From Candidatus Limnocylindrales bacterium (GTDB taxonomy: Bacteria; Chloroflexota; Limnocylindria; QHBO01), in NCBI GenBank assembly GCA_035540715.1, contig DATLGA010000041.1:17496-81495 (forward strand): a stretch of DNA of 64,000 bases, written 5' to 3'. Positions 38,968-48,755 of this stretch are shown here, piece after piece (the stretch's first letter is position 1; each line of letters opens with the position of its first letter). The notes beneath the pieces were generated by a model. The model was not told the origin of the DNA and did no database searches. It was given only the letters and a program-made list of their open reading frames with translations. Position numbers and translations under genes: made by a program.

Positions 38968-41607
38968 ATGGATGCCAACGACACACTGGAGGAATCAGTG
39001 GCCATCAAGCACGAGGCCGAAATCGGCGGCCAGGTCTTCAGCATGGAAGCTGGAAAGCTCGCCGAGCAGGCCGATGGAGCCGTCATCGTTCGGCTCGGCG
39101 ACACCGTCGTCCTCGCGACCGCGGTCGCCAGCAAGGAGCCCCGCGAGGGCGTCGACTTCTTCCCGCTCACCGTCGACTACGAGGAGCGGATGTACGCCGC
39201 GGGCAAGATCCCGGGCGGCTTCATCAAGCGCGAGGCACGGCCGTCCGAGGCCGCGATCCTGGCGATGCGGCTGACCGACCGCCCGATCCGACCGCTGTTC
39301 CCGAAGGGCTACCACAACGACGTCCAGGTCGTCCTCACCGTGCTGAGCACGGACATGGAGAACGACCCGGACATCCTGGCCCTCAACGGGGCCTCGGCGG
39401 CCCTGTCGATGAGCCACATCCCGTTCCTCGGGCCGGTCGGCGCCGTCCGCGTCGGCCGCATCGACGGCGAGTTCGTCACGAACCCGACGAACAGCCAGCT
39501 CGACGACAGCGAGCTCGACCTGGTCGTGGCCGGGACCCGTGAAGCGGTGATGATGGTCGAGGCTGGAGCGAAGATCCTGCCGGAGGCGATCATGGCCGAC
39601 GCGATCGCGTACGGCCACGCCGAGCTCCAGAAGTCGATCGATCTCCAGGAGAAGCTGGTCGCCTCGGCCGGCAGCCCGAAGCGCATGCCGTTCGTCGCGC
39701 CGAAGGCCGATTCGGTCGTGAAGCTCGCGAAGCGCCTCGGTGACGGCCAGAGCGAGTTCGTCGTGTTCGACCTCGAGACGACCGCAATGAAGCCGGAGCA
39801 CGGCTACATCGTCGACATCGCTGCGCTGCGGGTGCGCGACGGGCAGGTCGTCGACCGTTTCGAGTCGCTCGTGAACCCCGGCCGCCCGATCGTCGGGCAC
39901 CAGGTGCACGGCATCAGCACCGACGACGTGGCCAGCGCACCGACGGCGTCGGAGGTCCTCGGCAACTTCGCGCAGTGGGTCGGCGACGCGCCGATCGTGG
40001 CGCACAACGTCGCCTTCGACGTGCCCTTCGTGCTCCGCCACCTGCCCAACGACGTGAAGTGGGAGCCCTCGGCGGTCTTCGACACCCTCGAGCTCGGCTA
40101 TCAGCTCTATCCCGACGCGGGCGCCTGGAAGCTCGGCGACCTCGTGCGCTTCGTCTTCGGGCGGGACCATGCAGCGGCGCATCGGGCCATGCCCGACGCG
40201 GAGGCGACCGCCGAGCTCTTCCTTCACTTCACCCAGGGCCTCGCCGAGCGGATCGATGCGGTCCGCGACGACATCGCCAGCGAGGTGCGCCGCGCCCGGG
40301 AGAGCTACAACCGCTCGGAGCAGGGTGAGCGCCTCGAGGACATCCGCCGGCGCCACGGTATCGGCTCGGCGCTCATGGACAGCCTCACGAAGTCGACGGT
40401 TCGTGAGCTCGTGCTCAGCGAGAACGTTCGCATCGACGGCCGTGACACGACCACGATCCGCCCGATCACGGTCGAGGTCGGCGTGCTGCCGCGCACGCAC
40501 GGCTCGGCAATCTTCACCCGTGGCCAGACCCAGGCGCTCTCGATCGCAACCCTCGGGTCGGCATCGAACGTCCAGCGGCTCGACACGATCAGCCCGGAGA
40601 CCGAGAAGCGCTACCTGCACCACTACAACATGCCGCCGTACTCCGTCGGCGAGGCTCGATTCATGCGCGGCCCCGGCCGCCGGGAGATCGGCCACGGGGC
40701 CCTTGCGGAGCGAGCGCTCCTCCCGGTACTGCCCGACATGGACGAGTTCCCCTACGTCATCCGCGTCGTCAGTGAGGTCGTGAGCTCCAACGGCTCGACC
40801 TCGATGGCGTCGACCTGCGGCAGCACCCTGGCGCTCATGGACGCCGGTGTGCCGATCAAGTCGCCGGTCGCCGGCGCGGCGATGGGCCTGATCACCGATC
40901 CGGACTCCGGCCGCTACGCGGTCCTCACCGACATCACCGGCAAGGAGGACGCCTACGGCGACATGGACTTCAAGGTGACCGGCACGGCCGAGGGCGTCAC
41001 CGCGCTCCAGATGGACATCAAGGTCGCCGGGATCACGACCGAGATCATGCGAGACGCGCTCGAGCAGGCGCGGGTCGCGCGGCTCTTCATCCTGGACCGG
41101 ATGACCAGCGTCATCGGCGCCAGCCGTGAGGAGCTCAGCCCGTACGCCCCCCGCATCACGTCGCTGAAGATCCCCGTCGACAAGATCCGCGACGTGATCG
41201 GCGCCGGTGGCAAGGTGATCCGCCAGATCACGGCCGAGACCGGCACGGAGATCAACGTCGAGGACGACGGCACCATCCAGATCGCGGCCACGAGCGGCGA
41301 GGCCGCTCAGAAGGCGATCAAGTGGATCGAGGGCCTGACCAAGGACGTCGAGGTCGGCAAGGAGTATCTCGGCAAGGTGACCCGGATCATGAACTTCGGG
41401 GCATTCGTCGAAATCCTTCCCGGCAAGGAGGGTCTGGTCCACATCAGCCAGCTGGCCGACTACCGCGTGCCTCGCGTCGAGGACGTGGTCAGCATCGGCG
41501 ACGAACTGATGGTGGTCGTGACCGAGATCGACCGCATGGGCCGCGTGAACCTGAGCCGGCGTGCGGCGATGGAGCGGCACATGGCCAAGTCGGGCTCGAG
41601 CAGCTGA
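38968..41607 (+). CDS. pnp: polynucleotide phosphorylase with an inserted DnaQ-like DEDDh 3'-5' exonuclease domain (879 aa)
   Basis: RNase PH domain 1 ([26 protein letters not shown]), insertion aa ~268-445 with Exo [10 protein letters not shown], Exo [14 protein letters not shown], Exo [17 protein letters not shown], then RNase PH 2 ([38 protein letters not shown]), KH ([10 protein letters not shown]) and S1 ([15 protein letters not shown]). Confidence 0.85.
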   Translation: MDANDTLEESVAIKHEAEIGGQVFSMEAGKLAEQADGAVIVRLGDTVVLATAVASKEPREGVDFFPLTVDYEERMYAAGKIPGGFIKREARPSEAAILAMRLTDRPIRPLFPKGYHNDVQVVLTVLSTDMENDPDILALNGASAALSMSHIPFLGPVGAVRVGRIDGEFVTNPTNSQLDDSELDLVVAGTREAVMMVEAGAKILPEAIMADAIAYGHAELQKSIDLQEKLVASAGSPKRMPFVAPKADSVVKLAKRLGDGQSEFVVFDLETTAMKPEHGYIVDIAALRVRDGQVVDRFESLVNPGRPIVGHQVHGISTDDVASAPTASEVLGNFAQWVGDAPIVAHNVAFDVPFVLRHLPNDVKWEPSAVFDTLELGYQLYPDAGAWKLGDLVRFVFGRDHAAAHRAMPDAEATAELFLHFTQGLAERIDAVRDDIASEVRRARESYNRSEQGERLEDIRRRHGIGSALMDSLTKSTVRELVLSENVRIDGRDTTTIRPITVEVGVLPRTHGSAIFTRGQTQALSIATLGSASNVQRLDTISPETEKRYLHHYNMPPYSVGEARFMRGPGRREIGHGALAERALLPVLPDMDEFPYVIRVVSEVVSSNGSTSMASTCGSTLALMDAGVPIKSPVAGAAMGLITDPDSGRYAVLTDITGKEDAYGDMDFKVTGTAEGVTALQMDIKVAGITTEIMRDALEQARVARLFILDRMTSVIGASREELSPYAPRITSLKIPVDKIRDVIGAGGKVIRQITAETGTEINVEDDGTIQIAATSGEAAQKAIKWIEGLTKDVEVGKEYLGKVTRIMNFGAFVEILPGKEGLVHISQLADYRVPRVEDVVSIGDELMVVVTEIDRMGRVNLSRRAAMERHMAKSGSSS

Positions 41608-41626
41608 CCGCGCACGGCCGCGCGCG

Positions 41627-42331
41627 ATGGGCACCGCGGGCGAGCCGATCGGAGGCGCGGCGGCGCTGGCGAGCATCGCGGAGGAGATCCGCGGATGCAC
41701 GCGCTGCCGCCTCGCCACCGGCCGAACGCGAACGGTCCCCGGAGAGGGAAACCCGCTGAGCGACGTGCTCCTCGTCGGCGAGGGGCCCGGCGCGAGGGAG
41801 GACGTCACCGGCCGGCCGTTCGTCGGGCCGGCCGGGCAGCTGCTCGACGAGCTCCTCCGGTCGATCGGCTGGGAGCGGGAGGACGTGTTCATCACGAACG
41901 TGGTGAAGTGCCGACCGCCGGGCAACCGCGATCCGGAGCCGGTCGAGATCGCCACCTGTTCGGCCTACCTCGATCGCCAGGAGCATGCGCTCCAGGCCGC
42001 CGTGGTCGTGAGCCTCGGGCGGCACTCGCTGCAGCGTTACCTGCCGGGTGCGCGCATCGGCGCCGTTCACGGAAGCCTGCGTCGCTCGTACTCCGGCCAG
42101 CACGTCTTCCCGATGTACCATCCTGCTGCGGCACTGCACCAGGCTTCGCTGCGCGAGACGCTGTTTCGCGACATCCGTGGCCTGCCGGCGGCGCTGCTTG
42201 CCGCGCGCGAGGCGCTCGGCAACGCGGCGGAGCGATCGGTCGTGGCGGAGGAGGCGGTGGCCCGGGCGAGCGAGCCCGATGGCCCTCCCGACGACGCCCA
42301 ACAGATGACTCTCTTCCAGGAGCACCCATGA
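41627..42331 (+). CDS. uracil-DNA glycosylase, family 4 (UdgA-type)
   Basis: GCTRCRL Fe-S cysteine context, GEGPGAREDVTGRPFVGPAGQLL, HPAAAL; internal ATG of ORF 41561. Confidence 0.8.
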   Translation: MGTAGEPIGGAAALASIAEEIRGCTRCRLATGRTRTVPGEGNPLSDVLLVGEGPGAREDVTGRPFVGPAGQLLDELLRSIGWEREDVFITNVVKCRPPGNRDPEPVEIATCSAYLDRQEHALQAAVVVSLGRHSLQRYLPGARIGAVHGSLRRSYSGQHVFPMYHPAAALHQASLRETLFRDIRGLPAALLAAREALGNAAERSVVAEEAVARASEPDGPPDDAQQMTLFQEHP

Positions 42332-43992
42332 CCGAAACCCTGCGCATCATCCCGCTCGGCGGGGTGGGCGAGGTCGGCAAGAACATCACCGTCGTCGAGT
42401 TTGGTGACGAGATCCTCGTCATCGACTGCGGCCTCGCGTTTCCGGAGCCGGAGATGCTCGGCATCGACCTCGTCATCCCGGACGTGTCGTACCTCGCGGA
42501 GCGGCGTGACCGCGTCCGCGCCATCCTTCTGACCCACGGCCACGAGGATCACACCGGAGCGCTGCCGTACGTGCTGCCGAAGATCCCCGGCACGCCGATC
42601 TACGCGACGCGCCTCACCGAAGGCCTCGTGCAGGGCAAGCTGCGCGAGCACAAGCTGCTGGACTCGACGCCGCTCCACGTCGTCGAGCCGGCGACCGAGT
42701 TCGCGGTCGGTTCGTTCCGCGTCACACCCTTCCGGGTGAACCACTCGATTCCCGACGGCGTCGGCTACGCCGTCCGCACCCCGCTCGGCACGATCGTCCA
42801 CACCGGTGACTTCAAGTTCGACCACACGCCGCCCGACGGGCGGCGCGCCGACCTCGGCCTCATCGCCGAGATCGGCAACCGTGGCGTCGACTTCCTGCTG
42901 TCGGACTCGACGCGCGCCGAGAAGGACGGCTACACGCTCTCCGAGTCGACCGTCGGCGAGAGCCTGCATCGGCTCGTCGGAGAGGCGCCCGGACGCGTCA
43001 TCGTGGCGACCTTCGCCAGCAACATCGGCCGGGTGCAGCAGGTCATCGATGCCGCGTGGGCGCACGGGCGCAAGATGGTCGCGCTCGGGCGCAGCATGGA
43101 GCAGAACACCGCCATCGCCCTCGAGCGAGGCTACCTCGACGACCGTGGCGGGACGCTGGTCAAGAAGGACCAGCTCCAGCGGCTGTCGAAGGAGCAGCTC
43201 GTGGTCATGACCACCGGGTCGCAGGGCGAGCCGATGTCCGGCCTGACGCGGATGAGCAACCGGGACCATCGCAACATCACGATCGAGCCGGGCGACACCG
43301 TGATCGTCTCGGCCAGCCCGATTCCGGGCAACGAGGAGGCGGTCGCGAAGACGATCGACAACCTCTTCAAGGAAGGCGCGATGGTGCACTACGAGCCACT
43401 CGTGCACTGCCACGTATCCGGGCACGGGTCGCGCGAGGAACTCAAGCTCATGCTCGGTCTCGTGAAGCCGCGCCACTTCGTGCCCGTCCACGGCGAGTAC
43501 CGCATGCTCGTCCAGCACGGTCTGCTGGCCGAAGGGGCAGGCGTCGACGTCGACAAGATCTTCGTGCTCGAGAACGGGCAGGTCGTCGAGTGGGATGGCG
43601 AGCGCGCCCGAATGGCAGGCACCGTCACGGCCGGGGCGGTTCTCGTCGACGGCATCGCGGCCATCGACGGCATCGACGGCGTCGTGCTTCGCGACCGACG
43701 CATGCTGGCCTCCGACGGAGTCGTCCTGGTCGCGATCACGGTCGACACGAAGACCGGACAGCCGGTCGGCACGCCGGATCTCGTGAGCCGCGGCTTCCTG
43801 TCGGACCCCGAGGATCCGCTCCTCGGGGAGGCGCGCGATCACCTGCTCGCCGCGCTCCGGCAGCCACGTGAGGACCAGCACGCTGCGGAAGCAGGCTTCG
43901 TGAAGACGAAGAGCCGCGACACCCTCCGCCGGTTCTTCCACCAGCGCACGAAGCGGCGCCCCATGATCCTGCCGATCGTGATGGAGGTCTGA
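42328..43992 (+). CDS. rnj: ribonuclease J (metallo-beta-lactamase/beta-CASP)
   Basis: ATG overlapping udg TGA; IIPLGGVGEVGKNITVVEF, LTHGHEDHTGALPY HxHxDH motif. Confidence 0.9.
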   Translation: MTETLRIIPLGGVGEVGKNITVVEFGDEILVIDCGLAFPEPEMLGIDLVIPDVSYLAERRDRVRAILLTHGHEDHTGALPYVLPKIPGTPIYATRLTEGLVQGKLREHKLLDSTPLHVVEPATEFAVGSFRVTPFRVNHSIPDGVGYAVRTPLGTIVHTGDFKFDHTPPDGRRADLGLIAEIGNRGVDFLLSDSTRAEKDGYTLSESTVGESLHRLVGEAPGRVIVATFASNIGRVQQVIDAAWAHGRKMVALGRSMEQNTAIALERGYLDDRGGTLVKKDQLQRLSKEQLVVMTTGSQGEPMSGLTRMSNRDHRNITIEPGDTVIVSASPIPGNEEAVAKTIDNLFKEGAMVHYEPLVHCHVSGHGSREELKLMLGLVKPRHFVPVHGEYRMLVQHGLLAEGAGVDVDKIFVLENGQVVEWDGERARMAGTVTAGAVLVDGIAAIDGIDGVVLRDRRMLASDGVVLVAITVDTKTGQPVGTPDLVSRGFLSDPEDPLLGEARDHLLAALRQPREDQHAAEAGFVKTKSRDTLRRFFHQRTKRRPMILPIVMEV

Positions 43993-43998
43993 GCCGCG

Positions 43999-46425
43999 GT
44001 GGCCACCCGCCGACGCACGAGCACCACCCGCCGCCGAACGACGCGGCGCCGTCGCCAGCCGGCACCGTTCGTCGTGAGCGGCCGCTTCCTCAGGGAGGCG
44101 CTGGCCCTGATCCTCCTCTTCCTCGCGATCATCAGCGTCATCGCGCTCTTCGCGCCGGACTCCGGCGCCATCGTGCGGCCCTGGCACGGCGTGCTGTCGA
44201 CCCTCCTCGGATGGGGGATCGCGTTCGCCGCCCCGCTGCTCGTCGGGTTCGCCGTGATGCTGTGGATGAAGACGATGCCCGCCGAGCGGTGGATGGCCGC
44301 GACCGGGGCCGCTGTCTTCGCGGTGGCGCTGCTCGGGATGTTCCACCTCGCGGTCGGCGGCGGCGCGGAGGCGGTCGAGACCGGTCAGGGCGGGGGAGCG
44401 ATCGGCTTCGCGGTGAGCGCGCTGCTGACCGGAGCGATGGGCCCGGCCGGCGCCTGGGTGGTGCTCGTCCTGCTCGCCGCAGTCGGCCTGCTCCTGTACT
44501 TCAATATGACCATCGGCGACCTGGTTGCCGCGTACCTCGCCGGACGAGACGAGCGCCACGCCCAGGAGGCCGAGGCGGCCCGGCGGGCCGCGGCGAGCAG
44601 GCGAGGCCGTGCCGCAGAGGTGCCGGCAGGCGCGACCGCGAGCACCGAGGCCGAGCCGCGCACCGGGCTCATCGACCGCATGCGCGATCGCCTGGCTGGC
44701 GGCGCAGACGCGGACGACGAGCCGCCGCTCATCGTCCGACGGGAGCGTCCGGCCACCAACGGCGCCGGCGCGCGAGCCGTCGCCGCCCCGGTTCCGGTCC
44801 CAGCGCCGGTCGGTCCGGTCGGTGAACCCGGCGTGGACGAGGACGGCGCTGCGGGCGACTCGGAGGCGCGACCGGCATCGTCGGGGGAGCTCGAAGAGGG
44901 CGAGCAGCTCCATCTCGCCCAGGCCGCCGCCGACGAGGCCGCCGATGCCGCACTCGAGTCGGCCGAGCGCAGCTGGGACCTGCCGTCGCTCGAGCTGCTG
45001 GCCGATGCGCCCGAGTCGTCGGCCGCCCAGCTCGACCTGTCGGCCAAGGGCAAGCGGATCCGCGAGACGCTGGCTCACTTCGGCATCGGCGTCAAGGTGG
45101 CCCGCATCCAGGAGGGCCCGGTCGTCACCCAGTATGCCCTCGAGGTGGATCCGGGCATCAAGCTGAGCCGGATCGAGGGGCTCGCCGACAACCTCGCGCT
45201 GGCGCTCTCGGCACGGAGCATCCGGATCGAGGCACCGATTCCGGGCGAGCCGTACGTCGGCGTCGAGATCCCGAATGCGGCCTTCGACCTCGTCACGCTC
45301 AAGGAGGTGCTCGCGAGCCGCAACTTCGCCCAGATGAGCGAGCGCTCGAAGCTCGCCTTCGCGCTCGGGCAGGACGTCGCCGGCCAGCCGTTCAGCGCCG
45401 ACCTCGCGAAGATGCCGCACCTGCTGATCGCCGGCGCGACCGGGTCCGGGAAGAGCGTCTGCGTGAACGCGATCATCGACAGCTTCCTCATGAACGCGTC
45501 GCCGGCCGAGGTCAAGCTCATCCTCATCGATCCCAAGCGCGTCGAGCTGGCGCAGTACAAGGGCATCCCGCACCTGCTGACCGAGGTCATCGTCGAGCCC
45601 GACAAGGCGGTGAACGCGCTGAAGTGGACGGTCGGGACGATGGAGAGCCGATACGCCGAGTTCGCCTCGCGCGGCGTGCGGAACATCGCCGGCTACAACG
45701 AGGCGCTGCGTCCCGGTCAGCCGCGCATGCCGTACGTCGTCGTCGTCATCGACGAGCTTGCCGACCTCATGATGGTCTCGGCCTACGAAGTCGAAGCCAC
45801 GATCACCCGCATCGCGCAGCTCGCGCGCGCGACGGGCATCCACCTCGTGGTCGCCACACAGCGACCGTCGGTCCAGGTCATCACCGGCCTCATCAAGGCG
45901 AACATCCCGTCGCGCATCGCGTTCGCGATGACGTCGGGGGTCGACTCGCGCACGATCCTCGACACGACCGGCGCGGAGGATCTCCTCGGCCGCGGCGACA
46001 TGCTCTACCAGCCGATCGACGCGCCGCGTGCGGTGCGCCTCCAGGGCGTGCTCGTGACGGACCCCGAGATCGAGGCGGTCGCGCGCCACTGGCGCGCGCA
46101 GGGCGGAGCGCAGTACCGGCCGGAGATCACGGCCCCGAAGCGTGACGGCAAGGCGGGCGGCCGGCCCGGTGAGGAGGACGAGGACGATGACGCCGATGCC
46201 CTCCTCGGCCAGGCCGTCGACATCGTGCGACGATCCGACAAGGCATCGGCGTCGCTGCTCCAGCGCCGGCTGCGCATCGGCTACGCGCGTGCCGCGCGGA
46301 TCCTGGACCAGATGGAGGACCGGGGCATCGTCGGGCCCGCGGACGGCAGCCGCTTCCGCGAGGTCCTCGTGACGAGCGACGGGTGGGGAGGTGACCTCGC
46401 TCCGGACGAGGACGAGGAGGCGTGA
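43999..46425 (+). CDS. ftsK: DNA translocase FtsK/SpoIIIE
   Basis: N-terminal TM segments, GATGSGKSVCVNAIIDS Walker A, C-terminal gamma (winged-helix) domain. Confidence 0.9.
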   Translation: MATRRRTSTTRRRTTRRRRQPAPFVVSGRFLREALALILLFLAIISVIALFAPDSGAIVRPWHGVLSTLLGWGIAFAAPLLVGFAVMLWMKTMPAERWMAATGAAVFAVALLGMFHLAVGGGAEAVETGQGGGAIGFAVSALLTGAMGPAGAWVVLVLLAAVGLLLYFNMTIGDLVAAYLAGRDERHAQEAEAARRAAASRRGRAAEVPAGATASTEAEPRTGLIDRMRDRLAGGADADDEPPLIVRRERPATNGAGARAVAAPVPVPAPVGPVGEPGVDEDGAAGDSEARPASSGELEEGEQLHLAQAAADEAADAALESAERSWDLPSLELLADAPESSAAQLDLSAKGKRIRETLAHFGIGVKVARIQEGPVVTQYALEVDPGIKLSRIEGLADNLALALSARSIRIEAPIPGEPYVGVEIPNAAFDLVTLKEVLASRNFAQMSERSKLAFALGQDVAGQPFSADLAKMPHLLIAGATGSGKSVCVNAIIDSFLMNASPAEVKLILIDPKRVELAQYKGIPHLLTEVIVEPDKAVNALKWTVGTMESRYAEFASRGVRNIAGYNEALRPGQPRMPYVVVVIDELADLMMVSAYEVEATITRIAQLARATGIHLVVATQRPSVQVITGLIKANIPSRIAFAMTSGVDSRTILDTTGAEDLLGRGDMLYQPIDAPRAVRLQGVLVTDPEIEAVARHWRAQGGAQYRPEITAPKRDGKAGGRPGEEDEDDDADALLGQAVDIVRRSDKASASLLQRRLRIGYARAARILDQMEDRGIVGPADGSRFREVLVTSDGWGGDLAPDEDEEA

Positions 46426-47711
46426 CCGAGCAGGGGCCGCATCGGCTCGGCGAGGTGCTGCGGGAGGCCCGTGAAGCCAAAGGGGTCGATCTCGTCCGCG
46501 TGGAGCGCGAGACGAAGATCCGTGAGCGCTACCTCTCGGCCCTCGAGCGCGGCGAGTACCGCGAGCTGCCGGGGTCGGTGTACACGAAGGGCTTTCTGCG
46601 CAACTACGGCAGCTACCTCGGCCTCGATCCCGAATACCTCATCGACCTCTACCGCATCGAGACGACCGCCGCGGTCGAGCGTCCCCGTGTGCCGACGCCA
46701 CCGCGCCCGATCGCCGGACGCCGAAACCGCGCCTTCGTCGTCACCCCGGGCGCGATCTTCGCCGCGCTCCTGACCATCGGCGTGGGAGCCTTCATCGCCT
46801 ACCTGGCGTTCGAGATCGTCAACTTTGCGCGCACCCCGGAGCTGCGCATCACCGACCCGCCGGGGCCCGTCAGCAACTTCACCGATGACGAGATCACGAT
46901 CCGCGGCATGACGGCACCGAATGCGCGCGTCACGGTCGACAACCTGCGCGAGAACCCCGAGGTGCTCGCCGGTGACGACGGAGCGTTCGAGGTCACCGTC
47001 AGCCTTGTCCCCGGGTCGAATGTGGTCCAGCTGACGGCGAACGACCCGGTCACCGGACGCAACTCCGCCACCGAGGAGCGCACGATCATCGTCGTCACCG
47101 ATACGGCCGAGAGCCCGACGCCCGATGTTGCCGCCCTCACGCTCGAGGAGCCGGCGGAGGACGCGACCGTCACCGGCGCGGTCCCGATCCGTGGATCGGT
47201 GACGCCGGGCGCCGAGGTTCGAGTGGCTGCGCAGCTCGTCGATGTCCTCGTCACGTTCAGCGTGGCGGACGCAGCCGGAGGCGAGGTCGAGATCGATCCG
47301 GAGCCGCCCGACACCCCCGAACCGGCCACCTTCACCGCCGAAGCGACCGGCTCGTTCGGGGGCACGATCGACCTGCCGGTCGGGACGTGGGAGCTGGCGG
47401 TCGCCGCGGAAGGCTCCGACCCGATCGTGCGGACGGTGAGGGTCCGGCCCGGTGAAGGCCTGGTGGGCGTCATCGAGATCGAAGGGGGAGACTCGTATCT
47501 CGAGGTCGATCAGGATGGCGACCCGGTGACCGAGATCTGGGGCCTGAACGCCCCGGACGGCGACCGGATCGAGCTCGAGGCGGAGGAGAGCCTTCGAATC
47601 CGCTCGGGAAACGCGGGCGTCGTACGCTTGAGCGTCAATGGGGTCCGGCTGGGAACCATGGGCCAGGAAGGCGCCGTGGTGGAGTGGCGGATCGCCCGCA
47701 GCGGCGACTGA
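46422..47711 (+). CDS. RodZ-like cytoskeleton-associated protein (HTH + TM + DUF4115)
   Basis: N-terminal HTH (LGEVLREAREAKGVDLVRVERETKIRERYLSALERG), TM helix, C-terminal DUF4115-like block (VRLSVNGVRLG). Confidence 0.7.
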   Translation: MTEQGPHRLGEVLREAREAKGVDLVRVERETKIRERYLSALERGEYRELPGSVYTKGFLRNYGSYLGLDPEYLIDLYRIETTAAVERPRVPTPPRPIAGRRNRAFVVTPGAIFAALLTIGVGAFIAYLAFEIVNFARTPELRITDPPGPVSNFTDDEITIRGMTAPNARVTVDNLRENPEVLAGDDGAFEVTVSLVPGSNVVQLTANDPVTGRNSATEERTIIVVTDTAESPTPDVAALTLEEPAEDATVTGAVPIRGSVTPGAEVRVAAQLVDVLVTFSVADAAGGEVEIDPEPPDTPEPATFTAEATGSFGGTIDLPVGTWELAVAAEGSDPIVRTVRVRPGEGLVGVIEIEGGDSYLEVDQDGDPVTEIWGLNAPDGDRIELEAEESLRIRSGNAGVVRLSVNGVRLGTMGQEGAVVEWRIARSGD

Positions 47712-47727
47712 ACAGCGAGGAGGCAGC

Positions 47728-48219
47728 ATGGCAGGGGAGTCATCGTTCGACCTGGTGAGCGACTTCGACCAGCAGGAGCTCGTCAACGCGCTCGACCAGG
47801 CACGGCGCGAGATCGCCACCCGGTACGACTTCAAGGGCAGCAAGGTCGGCTTCGAGCTCGGAAAGGACGCCATCACGCTGACCGCCGACGACGAGTACCG
47901 CGCGGGCGCCGCGAAGGACCTGCTCGAGTCGAAGGCCGTCCGCCGCGGGCTGAGCCTGAAGATCTTCGACTGGGGGCGCATCGAGCCGGCCGGCGGGGGG
48001 ACGGTGCGCCAGGAGGTCCGGCTGAAGCGCGGCCTGACATCCGAGCAGGCCAAGGAGCTGTCCAGGGAGATCCGGGAGCACTTCCCGAAGACGAAGCCGA
48101 CCGTCCAGGGCGACGCCGTGCGCGTCGCGGCCAAGTCGAAGGACGAGCTCCAGGCGGTCATCGCGCATCTCAAGAGCCTCGACTATCCGGTCGCCCTCCA
48201 GTTCACGAACTACCGGTAG
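47728..48219 (+). CDS. yajQ: YajQ/UPF0234 family nucleotide-binding protein
   Basis: ATG after GAGGAGG; SFDLVSDFDQQELVNALDQARREIATRYDFKGS. Confidence 0.8.
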   Translation: MAGESSFDLVSDFDQQELVNALDQARREIATRYDFKGSKVGFELGKDAITLTADDEYRAGAAKDLLESKAVRRGLSLKIFDWGRIEPAGGGTVRQEVRLKRGLTSEQAKELSREIREHFPKTKPTVQGDAVRVAAKSKDELQAVIAHLKSLDYPVALQFTNYR

Positions 48220-48235
48220 CAGGGTCCTCCCGCCG

Positions 48236-48751
48236 ATGCCGACGCCCCGACCTCCGACCGACGACGACCTCCGCAGGGCCGCCGAGCGTCTCGGTCGCGC
48301 CCTCGTGCAGCGCGGCTGGCAGATGGCCGCCGCAGAGTCGTGCACCGGCGGCCTCGTGGGACACGTCATCACGGAGGTCCCGAAGGCGAGCGACCACTTC
48401 CTCGGCGGCATCGTGAGCTACTCGAATGCCGTCAAGGACGAGCTGCTCGACGTGCCGGAGGATCTCGTCGAGCGTCTCGGCGCCGTGTCCGCCGAGGTCG
48501 CCGAGGCGATGGCCGAGGGCGCCCTGCGACGCTTCCCCGTGGCCCGTCTGGCGGTCTCGGTGACCGGTATCGCCGGTCCGGACGGGGGATCGGAGGAGAA
48601 GCCGGTCGGACTCACGTACGTCGCCGCGGCGGTCCGAGACGGCCGAGCGGTCGTCGAGCGGCACACCTGGCCGCACGACCGGTCCGGCAACAAGCGCGCG
48701 TCCGCGCTGGCTGCCCTGGAGCTGGCGGCGTCGCTCGTGCGGGAGGGGTAG
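48236..48751 (+). CDS. CinA C-terminal domain protein (NMN amidohydrolase PncC-like)
   Basis: AAAESCTGGLVGHVIT, VTGIAGPDGG. Confidence 0.8.
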   Translation: MPTPRPPTDDDLRRAAERLGRALVQRGWQMAAAESCTGGLVGHVITEVPKASDHFLGGIVSYSNAVKDELLDVPEDLVERLGAVSAEVAEAMAEGALRRFPVARLAVSVTGIAGPDGGSEEKPVGLTYVAAAVRDGRAVVERHTWPHDRSGNKRASALAALELAASLVREG

Positions 48752-48755
48752 GGGA

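Noticed and set aside
38995-41955. 986-aa reverse-strand ORF
   Set aside because: Antisense to pnp and udg; no motifs; GC-driven.
41695-42327. N-terminal 211 aa of ORF 41695..43992
   Set aside because: Overlaps udg in another frame; RNase J begins at MTETLRIIPLGG (42328) coupled to the udg stop.
42067-46089. 1340-aa reverse-strand ORF
   Set aside because: Entirely antisense to rnj and ftsK, which have unmistakable catalytic motifs; Arg/Ala/Gly-rich, low-complexity translation typical of GC-rich antisense frames.
46281-48173. 630-aa reverse-strand ORF
   Set aside because: Antisense to RodZ-like and yajQ genes; no domains.
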